Notes under the pieces: generated by a model
The model's database searches: none
Seen by the model: only the letters and a program-made list of their open reading frames with translations
What the model was told of the DNA's origin: nothing
Shown: positions 51,562 through 60,986 of the stretch, piece by piece
How positions within the stretch are numbered: position 1 is the stretch's first letter
How the letters are laid out: every line of letters starts with the position of its first letter
Position numbers and translations under genes: made by a program
Assembly: GCA_030430455.1 (NCBI GenBank)
Contig: JAUIJB010000001.1
Coordinates: forward strand, 35,219-99,218
Source of the DNA: Verrucomicrobiia bacterium
GTDB taxonomy: Bacteria; Verrucomicrobiota; Verrucomicrobiia; Verrucomicrobiales; Akkermansiaceae
Direction of reading: 5' to 3'
DNA length: 64,000 nt

Positions 51562-52773
51562 TCAGTTTTCAGGGTCTTGCTGCGGGGCGTTGGGGGGGAC
51601 TTCGGGCTTGGCGGGGGCCTCGCCCTGCATCTGCGGGGCGACGGTGGCACCCTCGCGGGCCCGCTGCAGGCCGGCGACGACCACGCGGTCCTGCGGGGAC
51701 AGGCCCTTGGTGACGATGATGTCGCGGCTCGGCACGGCATCGGCGTCCTCGCCGGAGTGCTTTACGGTTGCGCCGGTGACCACGCCCTGGCGGCGGACGA
51801 CGTTGTCGCCGTCGACGACCCAGACGTATTCGCCGGCGATGTCCCGCAACACGGCGACGGCCGGGATCACCACCGAGTCCGGGGCTTCCGGGTTGGGGAA
51901 GGTGTCGGGGTAGCCGACCAGGCCGTAGAGGCCCGAGGCGAGCTTGCCGTCGGGGTTGGGAAAGACCGCCCGGATCCTCGCGGTCCGGGTCGAGGGGTCG
52001 ACCCGGCTGTCGACGAAGTCGATCGTGCCCTCGTGCTCGTAGACCGTGCCGTCGGCGAGGGTCAGGCGGACCTTCTCGAGCTCATCGATCACCACGCCGC
52101 CGCCGTCGGAGCGGCGCTCGAGGAAGCGGATCATGCCGCGCTCCGGGGCCTCGAAGTAGACGCGGATCCGGGAGTCGTCGGTGATGTGGCCGAGCAGGGT
52201 CGCCTGGGAGGCGTCGACCAGGTTGCCGACGTCGACGAGCGCCTCGGACATCCGCCCGTCGGTCGGCGCGACGATCGTGGTGTAGGAGAGGTTGATGGCG
52301 GCGTCCTTGAGCTGGGCCTCCATCTGGCTGACCAGGGCGGCGGCCTTGTCGACCTCGGCCCGGGCGATGTCGACATCGAGTTCCGAGACCGCCCCGCTGC
52401 TGCGCTGGTTGGCGCTCTCGAGCCGGGCGAGGCGGGTCTCCTCGAGCTTGAGGGCGGCCTTGGCCTGGTCGAGGTTGGCCTGGGCGACGGCCACCGCCGC
52501 CTGGAAGGGCTCCTGCTCGATGAGGAACAGCTTGTCGCCCTGTTCGACCTTCTCGCCCTCCTCGAAGAAGCGCTGCTGGAGGAAGCCGCGGACCCGGGCG
52601 CGGATGTCGACCTCGGTGACGCCGGCAACGGTCGCCGGGTACTCGCGGTAGGTGACGACCTCGCGCGGGTCGGGGTGGGCCACCGTCACCGGTGGCGGCG
52701 GCGGCTGGACGAATTCGTTCTTCTTGCCGCAGGCGGCAAGGAGGAAGGGCAGGAGAAGGATCGCTTTGTTCAT
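51562..52773 (-). CDS. RND efflux periplasmic adaptor (MFP) lipoprotein
   Basis: MNKAILLLPFLLAACG lipobox. Coiled-coil hairpin and barrel-sandwich motifs. Confidence 0.9.
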   Translation of the reverse strand: MNKAILLLPFLLAACGKKNEFVQPPPPPVTVAHPDPREVVTYREYPATVAGVTEVDIRARVRGFLQQRFFEEGEKVEQGDKLFLIEQEPFQAAVAVAQANLDQAKAALKLEETRLARLESANQRSSGAVSELDVDIARAEVDKAAALVSQMEAQLKDAAINLSYTTIVAPTDGRMSEALVDVGNLVDASQATLLGHITDDSRIRVYFEAPERGMIRFLERRSDGGGVVIDELEKVRLTLADGTVYEHEGTIDFVDSRVDPSTRTARIRAVFPNPDGKLASGLYGLVGYPDTFPNPEAPDSVVIPAVAVLRDIAGEYVWVVDGDNVVRRQGVVTGATVKHSGEDADAVPSRDIIVTKGLSPQDRVVVAGLQRAREGATVAPQMQGEAPAKPEVPPNAPQQDPEN

Positions 52774-52834
52774 GGCGAGGGGAAAGTGGAGCGCCGCCTG
52801 CCGAGGTGTTGAGGGACGGAACAGGGACGTGATT

Positions 52835-52970
52835 GAAAACCGCGAATGGACGCGAATGAACGCGAATTCAGAGGGTCATGAGTATGGGGAGATGGAGCCT
52901 GGGACGAGACCTTCGCTTGCTGGAAAACGCCCCGACTCTGAAGTCTTGATTGGCGTCCATTCGCGGTTTC
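52835..52970. mobile_element. MITE-like REP element with 18-nt inverted termini
   Basis: GAAAACCGCGAATGGACGC (52835-52853) versus GCGTCCATTCGCGGTTTC (52953-52970). Internal GAATGGACGCGAATGAACGCGAAT reiteration. Confidence 0.6.
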
Positions 52971-53030
52971 GGATGGTTCGGGAGGAGGATTGGCTGGAGC
53001 CGCCGCGGCCGACCGCACTCCATGGAGGAA

Positions 53031-54494
53031 TCAGGACTTGTCGTCCTTGGCGACCTTGCCCGGCTTCATCGGGGTGCCGCCGCCGAGGGCCTTGAAAAGC
53101 GTGGCGTAGCCGGCCGCGATCTGGCCCTCGCTGATGGTGCGCTCGTCCTCGTTGGCGAAGACGGTGCGCTGGGCGTCGAGGACGTTCTGGAAGTCGATCA
53201 GGCCCTCGGTGTAGTTCGAGGTGACCAGCTCCTCGGTCTTCTTGGCGGCCGTCACCGCCTTGGTCAGCTCGCTGAGGCGGTCGCGCTCGTTGCGCACGGT
53301 CGAGAGGCTGTTCTCGACCTCCTCGACCGCCTTGAGGACGCTGTTCTGGTAGTTGTAGTAGGCCTGCTTGGTGCGCGACTCCTCGATGGCGACCTGGCTC
53401 CAGGTGCGCCCGGCGTCGAAGATGTTCCAGCGGAAGGAGGGGCCGAAGCCGTAGTTGCGCGAGGCCGACTGCAGCAGGTCCTCGGCGCCGAGCGACTGCA
53501 GCTCGAAGGTGCCGGTGAGGCTGAAGCGCGGCAGCAGGTCGGCCTCGGCCACCCCGATGAGGGCGGTCTGGGCGGCGAGCTGGCGCTCGGCGGCGCGGAT
53601 GTCGGGGCGCGCGCGGACCAGGTCGGCGGGCAGGCCGACGCCGGCGCCCGAGCTCGGGACCGGGATGCCGCGCGACTTGCCGAGGAGGCTCTCGGTGGCC
53701 GAGGGGTAGCGGCCGATCAGGGTGGCGAGGCGGTTGAGCGCGATGTCGCGCTGGTTGCGCAGCAGGGGAATCACCGCCTTGGTGGTCGCCAGGTTGGTCT
53801 CGGCCTGCGAGACGTCGAGCTCCGGCGAAAGGCCGGCATCGAGGCGGTCGGTGGTGAGCTCGACCGACTTCTGCTGGTTCGAGATGTTTCCCTGGGCCAC
53901 GGCGATCCGCTCCTCGAGGGTGCGGACCTGGATGTAGTTCAGGGCGACCTCGGCGAAGAGGCTGACCATGGTGTCGCGGTAGAGCTCCTCGGTCCCCTCG
54001 ACGGTGGCGTCGGCGGACTCGATCGAGCGCCGCACGCCGCCGAAGAAGTCGATTTCCCAGCCGGCATCCACGCCGGTGGACCAGAAGTCGGTCGTCTTGC
54101 CGGCCGGCGGCGAGGGCGTGCCGACGTTCTCGCTGGTGCGGCCCTGCGAGACGCCGCCGCCGAAGTCGACGCTCGGGAACAGGCCGCTGCGGGCGACGCC
54201 GCGGGCGGCGCGGGCCTCGCTGACCCGCTCGTAGGCGATCGCGAGGTCGCGGTTCGACTCGCGGGCCTTGTCGATCAGGTTGTTGAGCGTCGGATCATTG
54301 AAGCGCGTCCACCAGGTCTCCAGGCTCGACGAGCCGGAGTTCAGGTCGGCACTCAGGCTCTGGTTCCAGAAGTCCGGAGTGATGGTGTCGGGCGAGGTGT
54401 AGTCCGTGCCCACGACCATGCAGCCCGGCAGGGCGAGGGCAGCCGAAACCGCCAGAACCCCGGCCTTCGTGGTGGAATGAAGGAGTGTGCGCAT
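53031..54494 (-). CDS. efflux outer-membrane factor lipoprotein (NodT family)
   Basis: Start MRTLLHSTTKAGVLAVSAALALPGC. Two OEP repeat halves. Confidence 0.9.
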   Translation of the reverse strand: MRTLLHSTTKAGVLAVSAALALPGCMVVGTDYTSPDTITPDFWNQSLSADLNSGSSSLETWWTRFNDPTLNNLIDKARESNRDLAIAYERVSEARAARGVARSGLFPSVDFGGGVSQGRTSENVGTPSPPAGKTTDFWSTGVDAGWEIDFFGGVRRSIESADATVEGTEELYRDTMVSLFAEVALNYIQVRTLEERIAVAQGNISNQQKSVELTTDRLDAGLSPELDVSQAETNLATTKAVIPLLRNQRDIALNRLATLIGRYPSATESLLGKSRGIPVPSSGAGVGLPADLVRARPDIRAAERQLAAQTALIGVAEADLLPRFSLTGTFELQSLGAEDLLQSASRNYGFGPSFRWNIFDAGRTWSQVAIEESRTKQAYYNYQNSVLKAVEEVENSLSTVRNERDRLSELTKAVTAAKKTEELVTSNYTEGLIDFQNVLDAQRTVFANEDERTISEGQIAAGYATLFKALGGGTPMKPGKVAKDDKS

Positions 54495-54632
54495 GATCAA
54501 AAAGGCCGAGGCAGCTTTGGAGAATCCGCAGGCATTGTCCACCTTCATCCCGGTCAGAGGAGGCGGTGATCCGTGTTTGCTGGGAATCCTTGTTTCGGAA
54601 TGGATGACGCGGTGGCCGGCGCTGCCCGCCAC

Positions 54633-56213
54633 CTATCCTGCGGTCTCCGCCTCCAGCGCGTTCCAGCTTTCCGCAGCGAAGGCGAGGCCGGCTTCGCGGT
54701 AGACGTCGCGGACGGTGGCGACGCCGAGTTCACGCAGCTCCTCGGCCTCGTCGGGGTACTCGACGACCGCGGTGATGCGGATGGCCTGGCTGAGCTCGAG
54801 GATGCGCCGGGCGATGCGGCGGGTGGCGCGGAAGTTGCGGGTCGCGATGAACACCATCTTCGGCGGCTCCTCGAGGTCGAGCCGCTCCCAGAAGCCGGGG
54901 TCGGTGGCGTCGGCGAGCGCGACATTGCGGCCCGCCGCCTGGTGCTTCTCGACGGTCGAGGGGCAGGAGTCGATGCCCAGCAGCGGCAGCTGGCGGTGCT
55001 CGGTGAGCCAGTCGTAGGTGCCGGTCCCGACCCGCCCCATGCCGAAGATCAGGGCGTCGACCTCGCGGGTCCGGATCGGCATGTCCTCGGGCAGCATGCC
55101 GCGGCGCTCGAAGCGGCGCAGCGGTCTGGCAAGCAGGCCGTAGAGTTGGTTGGGCAGAGCGTTGAGCGGCGAGGCGACGACGAAGCTGAAGCCGACCAGC
55201 AGGGCGATGGCGACCAGCCACTCGCCGCTGAGCCAGCCCATGGTGACCGCGACGCTGCCGACGATCAGGCCGAACTCGCTGAAGTTGGCGAGCCCGAGGC
55301 TGGCGAGGAAGGCCGGCCGCATGCGCAGGCGGAAGCCGGAGAGGACGAGGAAGTAGCCCAGCGCCTTGGGGACCGCGAGGGGCAGGAGGATCAGCGCGGC
55401 GACCACCGACTCCATGCCGATGTCGTGGCTCAGGCCGATGCTGAGGAAGAAGGCGACCAGGAACAGGTCCTTGAAGTGGAACAGGGTCTTGGCGAGTTCC
55501 CCGGCCTTGGGCGAGGAGGCCAGCAGCATGCCGAAGGCGATCGCGCCGAGGTCGCCCTTCAGCTTGAGGAACTCGAACAGGCCGTAGCCGGCGAAGGTCA
55601 TCACGAAGCCGAACAGCAGCAGCAGCTCGCCGTGGCCGACCCGCTCGAGCAGGGCGGTCAGCGGCTTGCGGGCGAGGGGGAGCAGCAGCAGGGCGAGCGC
55701 CCAGGGCGAGGGAGGCACCCCCTTCGAGGCCGACAGGAAGACCACCGCGATGACGTCCTGCATGATCAGGATGCCGATCGCCGCGGTGGCGTGGCGGGTC
55801 GCCAGCTCGGCGCGCTCCTCGAAGGCCTTGGCCGCGAAGACCGTGCTGGAAAAACTGAGCGCGAAGCCGAGCACCAGCGCGGTGGTCAGGTTGAGCTGGT
55901 CGAACAACGGGACGCCGGCGGCGGAGAGGGCCAGTGCGACCAGCGCCACCACCGCGGTGGTCGCCAGCATGTGGATGGTCGTCCCGGCCCAGACCTCGGG
56001 GCGGGTCAGCGCGCTGACCTTGAGCTTCAGCCCGATCGTGAACAGCAGCAGGGTGACCCCGAAGTCGGCGAAGGTCTGGATCTCATCGGAGGACTCGAGC
56101 CCGAAGCCGCGCAGGACGAAGCCGGCGATCAGGAAGCCGACCATCGGCGGCAGGCCGATCTTGCGCACCACCATCCCGGCGAGGAAGGCGGCGGTGATCA
56201 GGATGGCATCCAT
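54633..56213 (-). CDS. Kef-type cation/proton antiporter with C-terminal TrkA-N (RCK) domain
   Basis: N-terminal Na/H-exchanger TM domain (GLPPMVGFLIAGFVLRG). C-terminal IFGMGRVGTGTYDWL Rossmann. Confidence 0.85.
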   Translation of the reverse strand: MDAILITAAFLAGMVVRKIGLPPMVGFLIAGFVLRGFGLESSDEIQTFADFGVTLLLFTIGLKLKVSALTRPEVWAGTTIHMLATTAVVALVALALSAAGVPLFDQLNLTTALVLGFALSFSSTVFAAKAFEERAELATRHATAAIGILIMQDVIAVVFLSASKGVPPSPWALALLLLPLARKPLTALLERVGHGELLLLFGFVMTFAGYGLFEFLKLKGDLGAIAFGMLLASSPKAGELAKTLFHFKDLFLVAFFLSIGLSHDIGMESVVAALILLPLAVPKALGYFLVLSGFRLRMRPAFLASLGLANFSEFGLIVGSVAVTMGWLSGEWLVAIALLVGFSFVVASPLNALPNQLYGLLARPLRRFERRGMLPEDMPIRTREVDALIFGMGRVGTGTYDWLTEHRQLPLLGIDSCPSTVEKHQAAGRNVALADATDPGFWERLDLEEPPKMVFIATRNFRATRRIARRILELSQAIRITAVVEYPDEAEELRELGVATVRDVYREAGLAFAAESWNALEAETAG

Positions 56214-56335
56214 GACGGCAGACTTGGTTCGCCGCCGGACAGGCTCAAGCGAATACGGCCACGGGTCCGGCCCCCCTGTTCATCCACCTCTGCCCCGGCC
56301 ATGAGGGGGGCCGAAGCAGGGGCTGCGCCATCCGC

Positions 56336-58432
56336 TCAGAAGAACCAAGTCAGGGTCGCGCGCAGCGTGCGCGGCTCGGTCGGATGGAGGTGGATGTCGT
56401 CGATGCCCGCGGCGGCCTCGCCGGGAAGGCGGGAGGTGTAGTAGTACTCGATGTCGTTGTCGTTGCGGTCGAGCAGGTTGAGGCAGTCCAGCGCGAGCTC
56501 GCAGTTTTCCCAGCGGTAGCCGAGGCGGGCGTTGACCTGGAACGAGTCCTCGGACTCGATGACCTGGTCGGCGGTCAGCGGGCGGGCCGAGAAGTAGCGT
56601 GCGCGCAGGGCGCCGAACCAGCCGGTGTCGTGGCCGAAGGTCAGGCCGGTGGACAGGACGACGGGGACCTGGTTCTCGATCCACGGCCCGCCGGTCGGGT
56701 AGACATTGTCGTAGCGGCCTTCCGAGAGGGCCAGTTCGGCGTCGAAGCCGAACCAGTCGCTCGGCCGCCAGTAGGCGGCGAACTCGACGCCGTAGCGGGT
56801 GGTGGAAGGGCCGGCGTCGACGTTGCCGGCGTCGCCGACGTAGAGCAGCTCGGAGTCGTTGTAGAGCCACCACAGGGCGACGGTGGTGGTGAAGCAGTCG
56901 GTCCACTGCGAGCGCGAGCCGAGCTCGGCGCCCCAGGTGCGCACCAGCGGGTCGACCGGGGCCACCGGGGTGACGCCGTCGTTCGGGTCGATGCGGGTGA
57001 AGATCCCGCGGGCGTCGTTCGAGTGGAAGCCGCCGCCGAGGTTGAGGTAGTACTCGGTGTTCGCCCAGGGGCCGAAGATCAGGTTGAGCTTGGGCACCAC
57101 GATGCCGTCCCACTCGTCGCCGCTGTTGACCGGGCGGTCGCTGTCGACGTCGAAGTAGAACAGGTCGCCGCGCAGGCCGGCCTCGGTGCGGAACCAGTCG
57201 TTCCACACGGTGGTGGCGCCGGCGAACAGCGAGTAGTTGCCGGTGAACACGTCATCCTCGCGCACCGGGTTGACGTCGAGGCGGTTGCGGGTGCGGGCCA
57301 GCTCGAGGTCCCAGATGTAGTCGTTGCGGCTCTGGAATCCGACCGTGTAGTCGGTCTCCGCGCCGAACAACGAGCGGTCCTCGAGGGTGGCGGCGATCTC
57401 GCCGCCGAAGAACACCCGCTGGTCGGACTGGCGGAACTGGTCGCCGTTGACCGGGTCGTCGAGGAAGTAGGTGAAGTTCGAGTAGAGGTCGAGGTCGTAG
57501 TAGCCGGCGTAGGCGTTGGCGCGCCACACCACGTCCTCGCAGCGGCGGCCCCAGTTCATCGACAGCGAGTAGCGCTGGGAGTCGCCGCCGACGGTCGGGT
57601 CGATGAAGCCGAGGCGGTCGATCAGGCCGCCGGTGATCGCGCGCTCGGGGACCTGGTCGGTCGAGTCCCACTCGCCCTGCGAGCCGAGCAGGGTGACGTT
57701 GAAGAAGTTCTCCTCGTCACCGGTGTGCCAGCGGAGGATGCCGTTGAAGCGGTGCGAGTTGCCGTCGAGCACCCAGGAGCCGTCGTAGGAGTTGGCCTCG
57801 CCGCCGTAGGTCAGGATCCCCGACCCCGCCTCGACCGAGTGGCCGAAGACGCCGCGGAAGTAGGCGTCCTCGCCGAGGGTGAGCATGGCGAAGCCGCGCT
57901 CGAGCGAGTCGACCAGCGAGAACTCGGCGGCGCCGGCGGTGGTGAGGTCGCCGAGGCGCGGGTCGAAGGGGCCCTTCTGGTAGTCGAGCCGTTCGACGAA
58001 CTCGGGGATCAGGAAGTTGATGTCGGCGTAGCCCTGGCCGTGGCCGTGGGCGCGGTAGTTGGCCGGCATGCCGTCGACGAACAGGCCGAAGTCGGTGCCG
58101 TGGTCGAGGTTGTAGCCGCGGACGAAGTACTGGTTCGCCTTGCCGTCGCCGGAGTGCTGGGTCGCGATCAGCCCGGGCACCACCTCGAGCAGTTCGCCGC
58201 GGCGCAGGTAGGGGCGCTCGAGGAGCTCCTTGCGGTCGGACTGGCCCTTCGAGGCGCTCAGCGCCACGCCGAGGAGGTTCTCGGCCTTGCCGGTGATCAC
58301 CAGCGGGTCGAGCATTTCCGAGGTCACCGTCACCGGTTCGGACGGCAGGTCCTCGACGAGGTCCTGGGCCTCGCCGAGGAAGGGGAGGGAGAACACCAGG
58401 GCGACCAGGGGGGGGGGAAGATTCAGCTTCAC
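56336..58432 (-). CDS. TonB-dependent receptor
   Basis: Signal MKLNLPPPLVALVFSLPFLGEA. Plug motifs QYFVRGYNLDHGTDF and VDGMPAN. C-terminal ...RATLTWFF. Confidence 0.9.
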   Translation of the reverse strand: MKLNLPPPLVALVFSLPFLGEAQDLVEDLPSEPVTVTSEMLDPLVITGKAENLLGVALSASKGQSDRKELLERPYLRRGELLEVVPGLIATQHSGDGKANQYFVRGYNLDHGTDFGLFVDGMPANYRAHGHGQGYADINFLIPEFVERLDYQKGPFDPRLGDLTTAGAAEFSLVDSLERGFAMLTLGEDAYFRGVFGHSVEAGSGILTYGGEANSYDGSWVLDGNSHRFNGILRWHTGDEENFFNVTLLGSQGEWDSTDQVPERAITGGLIDRLGFIDPTVGGDSQRYSLSMNWGRRCEDVVWRANAYAGYYDLDLYSNFTYFLDDPVNGDQFRQSDQRVFFGGEIAATLEDRSLFGAETDYTVGFQSRNDYIWDLELARTRNRLDVNPVREDDVFTGNYSLFAGATTVWNDWFRTEAGLRGDLFYFDVDSDRPVNSGDEWDGIVVPKLNLIFGPWANTEYYLNLGGGFHSNDARGIFTRIDPNDGVTPVAPVDPLVRTWGAELGSRSQWTDCFTTTVALWWLYNDSELLYVGDAGNVDAGPSTTRYGVEFAAYWRPSDWFGFDAELALSEGRYDNVYPTGGPWIENQVPVVLSTGLTFGHDTGWFGALRARYFSARPLTADQVIESEDSFQVNARLGYRWENCELALDCLNLLDRNDNDIEYYYTSRLPGEAAAGIDDIHLHPTEPRTLRATLTWFF

Positions 58433-58501
58433 GCAGGTTCCAACGCGGCGGGCCGCGTGATCCCACGAAAAATCTCCGGCATCTTTCCCGCGCCGGCGGA
58501 A

Positions 58502-59095
58502 TCAGGCCGGATCGGCCCGCCACCACTCGGACAGCCGCCGGCGGGCGCGGTAGAGGCGGCCCTCGATCGCGCGCTCCGAGCACTTCAGGATCTCGGCGCA
58601 CTCGGCGTGGCTGAGACCGTCGAGGCAGCTCAACACGACCACCGCCCTCAGCGGGTCGGGCAGCGCGTTGAGCCCGCGGTCGAGCTTGGCGAGGTCGGCA
58701 TCGCGCATCGCGGCCTCGTCCGGCTGCGCCGAGTGGCAGGCCCACTCCCGGTTCTCGATCCCGACGCAGGCCTTGCGGCGGGCCCGGGCGCGGTCGCGGC
58801 AGAGGTTGAGGGCGATGCGGAACAGCCAGGTGGCGAGGCGGGCACGCGGGCGGAAGCGGGGCAGCGCACCATGGGCGCGGACGAAGGTGTCCTGGCTGGC
58901 TTCCAGCGCGTCCTCGGCATCGCGCAGGTAGAGCAGGCAGAAGCGGTAGACCGGCTGCTGGTGGCGCTCGACCAGCGCGCGGAAGGCCTCCGGGCAGCCG
59001 GCCTGGGCGCGGCGCAGGAGATCGGCTTCGGCGGCCTCGTCGGGGGTGATGGCGACGGGCGCGCCGAGGGCGCTATTGATGGACGATGCTGTCAT
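58502..59095 (-). CDS. ECF sigma factor (CnrH-like position in a cnrYXH-type operon)
   Basis: Region 2: FRALVERHQQPVYRFCLLYLRDAEDALEASQDTFVRA...WLFRIALNLCRD. Region 4: LSHAECAEILKCSERAIEGRLYRARRRL. Confidence 0.9.
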   Translation of the reverse strand: MTASSINSALGAPVAITPDEAAEADLLRRAQAGCPEAFRALVERHQQPVYRFCLLYLRDAEDALEASQDTFVRAHGALPRFRPRARLATWLFRIALNLCRDRARARRKACVGIENREWACHSAQPDEAAMRDADLAKLDRGLNALPDPLRAVVVLSCLDGLSHAECAEILKCSERAIEGRLYRARRRLSEWWRADPA

Positions 59096-59516
59096 GGGTC
59101 CACTGGAGGAGCTTGTCGGCCTGTTCGGGATCGAGGTGATCCTTCATGGTGAAGAAGTGGTCGAGGGTCGCCCGCTGGAGCTCGGCCTGGCGTCGGTTGA
59201 GGGACTGCAGCGCGCGTGAGATCTCCGCCGACTGCGGGTCGCCCCGGCGGACGGCGGCGGCGAGCTCCCGGCCGGCCTCGTCGATCGCCCCCTGCAGGCG
59301 CGCGCGGTTCGCCTCGAACTCGGCCTCGATCGGCTCCAGCGCGGCGTGCTGGTCGTCCTTCAGCTCGAGCTGCTCGTGCATCCAGTGGTGGAGGTCCTGC
59401 GCCTGGCTGCCGTGGGAGTGGCCGGGGTGGGTCGCGCGGGCGACGACGAAGGCGGTTCCTGCGGCGAGCAGCACGGTGCCAAGGACCCACAGGCTGCGCT
59501 GCAGGCGGGGGCTCAT
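59073..59516 (-). CDS. cnrX: CnrX-like membrane-anchored periplasmic Ni/Co sensor
   Basis: One N-terminal TM. H43-x3-H47, E64, H120-x3-M124 reproduce the spacing of the published CnrX ligands H42, H46, E63, H119 and M123, offset by +1. LQRATLDHFFTM. Confidence 0.75.
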   Translation of the reverse strand: MSPRLQRSLWVLGTVLLAAGTAFVVARATHPGHSHGSQAQDLHHWMHEQLELKDDQHAALEPIEAEFEANRARLQGAIDEAGRELAAAVRRGDPQSAEISRALQSLNRRQAELQRATLDHFFTMKDHLDPEQADKLLQWTHDSIVHQ

Positions 59517-59782
59517 GGCTGGCGGAATCCCGGGTCGCCGAAAAGGCCCATCGCGGGCGGTGCCGCCTGGTTGCCTTCCGGGGAGGCCATCGCCCCGACC
59601 CATGCCGCCACGGCAATGGTTGCGCCGGCGAGCCCGGCCAGCGTGCCCGGCCTGAGGAGTGCCGCCAGCGGATCCTGGCGGGCGATTCTGTGCATCACCC
59701 GGTCGGCGAATCCGCCGGGCAGCGGGGCTGGAAACTCGCTCCGGGCCCGTGCGAGGGCGCGCTGTGCGGGATCCGAAATCAT
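59513..59782 (-). CDS. small single-TM protein, CnrY-like anti-sigma candidate
   Basis: 89 aa from MISDPAQ with one TM (GTLAGLAGATIAVAAWVGAMA). ATGA overlap with the cnrX-like gene. Assignment is by position only. Confidence 0.5.
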   Translation of the reverse strand: MISDPAQRALARARSEFPAPLPGGFADRVMHRIARQDPLAALLRPGTLAGLAGATIAVAAWVGAMASPEGNQAAPPAMGLFGDPGFRQP

Positions 59783-59862
59783 GCCCCGCAGGGTAGCCGC
59801 CGAGGGGCCGAGGGCGAGGCAAAAACCGCGCCGGCGGGGCCCGCCGCGGGCCGGACTGACCC

Positions 59863-60405
59863 TCACCCGGCGCGGAACAACCAGCCGATCATCAGCAGCG
59901 ACGCCGCGGCGATCCAGCTGCCGCCGACGCGGACCGCGACGCGGGCAGCCGGTTTCTTCAGGCCGACGAGCAGGGCGGGGATCAGCGAGACGGCGATGAA
60001 CACCGCGAGGGTGGCGCCGACCAGGCCGAGCCAGCCGGGGCCGGTGGTGGCCATCGTCGAGCCGTTGGCGACGCCATGCAGCCCGGCGGCGGCCAGGATG
60101 AGGGCGAAGAAGGCCGCGGCGGGCAGGCGCCGGTCGAGGGCGACCAACAGGCCGACCAGGCCGAAGCTGAGGGTGGTCGCCAGCTCCGGCGGCATCAGGC
60201 TGGGCACCAGCAGGCCGAGCAGGCCACCCAGCAGCCAGGCGGACGGCAGGGCCAGGACCAGCTGCCGCGCGCGCTGTTTTCCGGCCAATCCCGCGAGCAG
60301 CGCGAAGGCGACGACCAGCAACACGTCCTGCGGGGTCAGCGCCCAGTGGGCGAGGCCGTCGTAGAATCCCCCGAAGCCGGTCTGGACGAGGTGGGCGAGG
60401 GGCAT
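59863..60405 (-). CDS. HupE/UreJ-like membrane protein (divergent paralog)
   Basis: Start MPLAHL. GFYDGLAHWALTPQDVLLVVAFALL replaces the HPxxGxDH-type motif. Six hydrophobic spans. LHGVANG. Confidence 0.6.
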   Translation of the reverse strand: MPLAHLVQTGFGGFYDGLAHWALTPQDVLLVVAFALLAGLAGKQRARQLVLALPSAWLLGGLLGLLVPSLMPPELATTLSFGLVGLLVALDRRLPAAAFFALILAAAGLHGVANGSTMATTGPGWLGLVGATLAVFIAVSLIPALLVGLKKPAARVAVRVGGSWIAAASLLMIGWLFRAG

Positions 60406-60424
60406 GGCGGCAGCTGGAACGGGA

Positions 60425-60964
60425 TCAGGCCAGCGCCTGCCACAGGAAGAAGACGCCGCCGGCGGCGACCAGAGCGCCCGCACCGCGCAGCGTCGGCCGG
60501 CCCCAGTCGTAGCGGTGGATCAGGCCGATGGCGATGCCGACGGCATGCAGCAGGCCGGTGGCGATGACGAAGCCGATGCTGTAGAGCGTGCCATTGGCGC
60601 CCGCCGGCAGCTCGGTGCCGTGGGCGTGGCCGTGGAACAGGGCGAAGAGCCCGACGATCACCGCGGCGACCCACAGCGGCGGGCGGGCGGCGGCGACGAC
60701 CATCACGCCGAGAACCATGGCGGAAGCGGCGATGCCGACCTCGACGCCGGGAAGCGGGATGCCCATCAGGCCCATCATTCCGCCAAGGGCCATGGCGATG
60801 GGGAAGGCGACCGGGAGAACCCACACGGCGGGCTTGCCGAGCTGGGCGCCCCACAGGCCGACGGCGACCATGGCGATGACGTGGTCGAGGCCGGAGACCG
60901 GGTGGCTGAGGCCGGAAAGGAAGCCGGAAGCGGCACCGGCTTCGACGTGGGCGAGGAAGGTCAT
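60425..60964 (-). CDS. hupE: HupE/UreJ family Ni/Co permease
   Basis: GFLSGLSHPVSGLDHVIAMVAVGLW and FHGHAHGTE signature motifs. Confidence 0.85.
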   Translation of the reverse strand: MTFLAHVEAGAASGFLSGLSHPVSGLDHVIAMVAVGLWGAQLGKPAVWVLPVAFPIAMALGGMMGLMGIPLPGVEVGIAASAMVLGVMVVAAARPPLWVAAVIVGLFALFHGHAHGTELPAGANGTLYSIGFVIATGLLHAVGIAIGLIHRYDWGRPTLRGAGALVAAGGVFFLWQALA

Positions 60965-60986
60965 GGGGAGTCGGGGTGGTGGGTCG

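Noticed and set aside
48398-54494. RND operon as the CnrCBA/Czc-type metal efflux target of the nearby CnrYXH-like module
   Set aside because: The permease carries the drug-type motif GIVVDDAIVVVEN and overall AcrB/MexB-like features. The operon is separated from the sensor module by a Kef gene and a TonB receptor. No evidence links them.
56384-59152. 922-aa plus-strand ORF. Similar long ORFs occur at 20413-22473 (+), 18292-19998 (+), 40641-42842 (-), 47945-50044 (+), 54573-56441 (+) and 24716-26920 (+).
   Set aside because: All are antisense to genes with unambiguous family signatures (TonB receptor, DnaK, GroEL, DUF5060 hydrolase, RND pump, Kef, helicase). All have repetitive Gly/Asp/Arg/Ala/Val composition.
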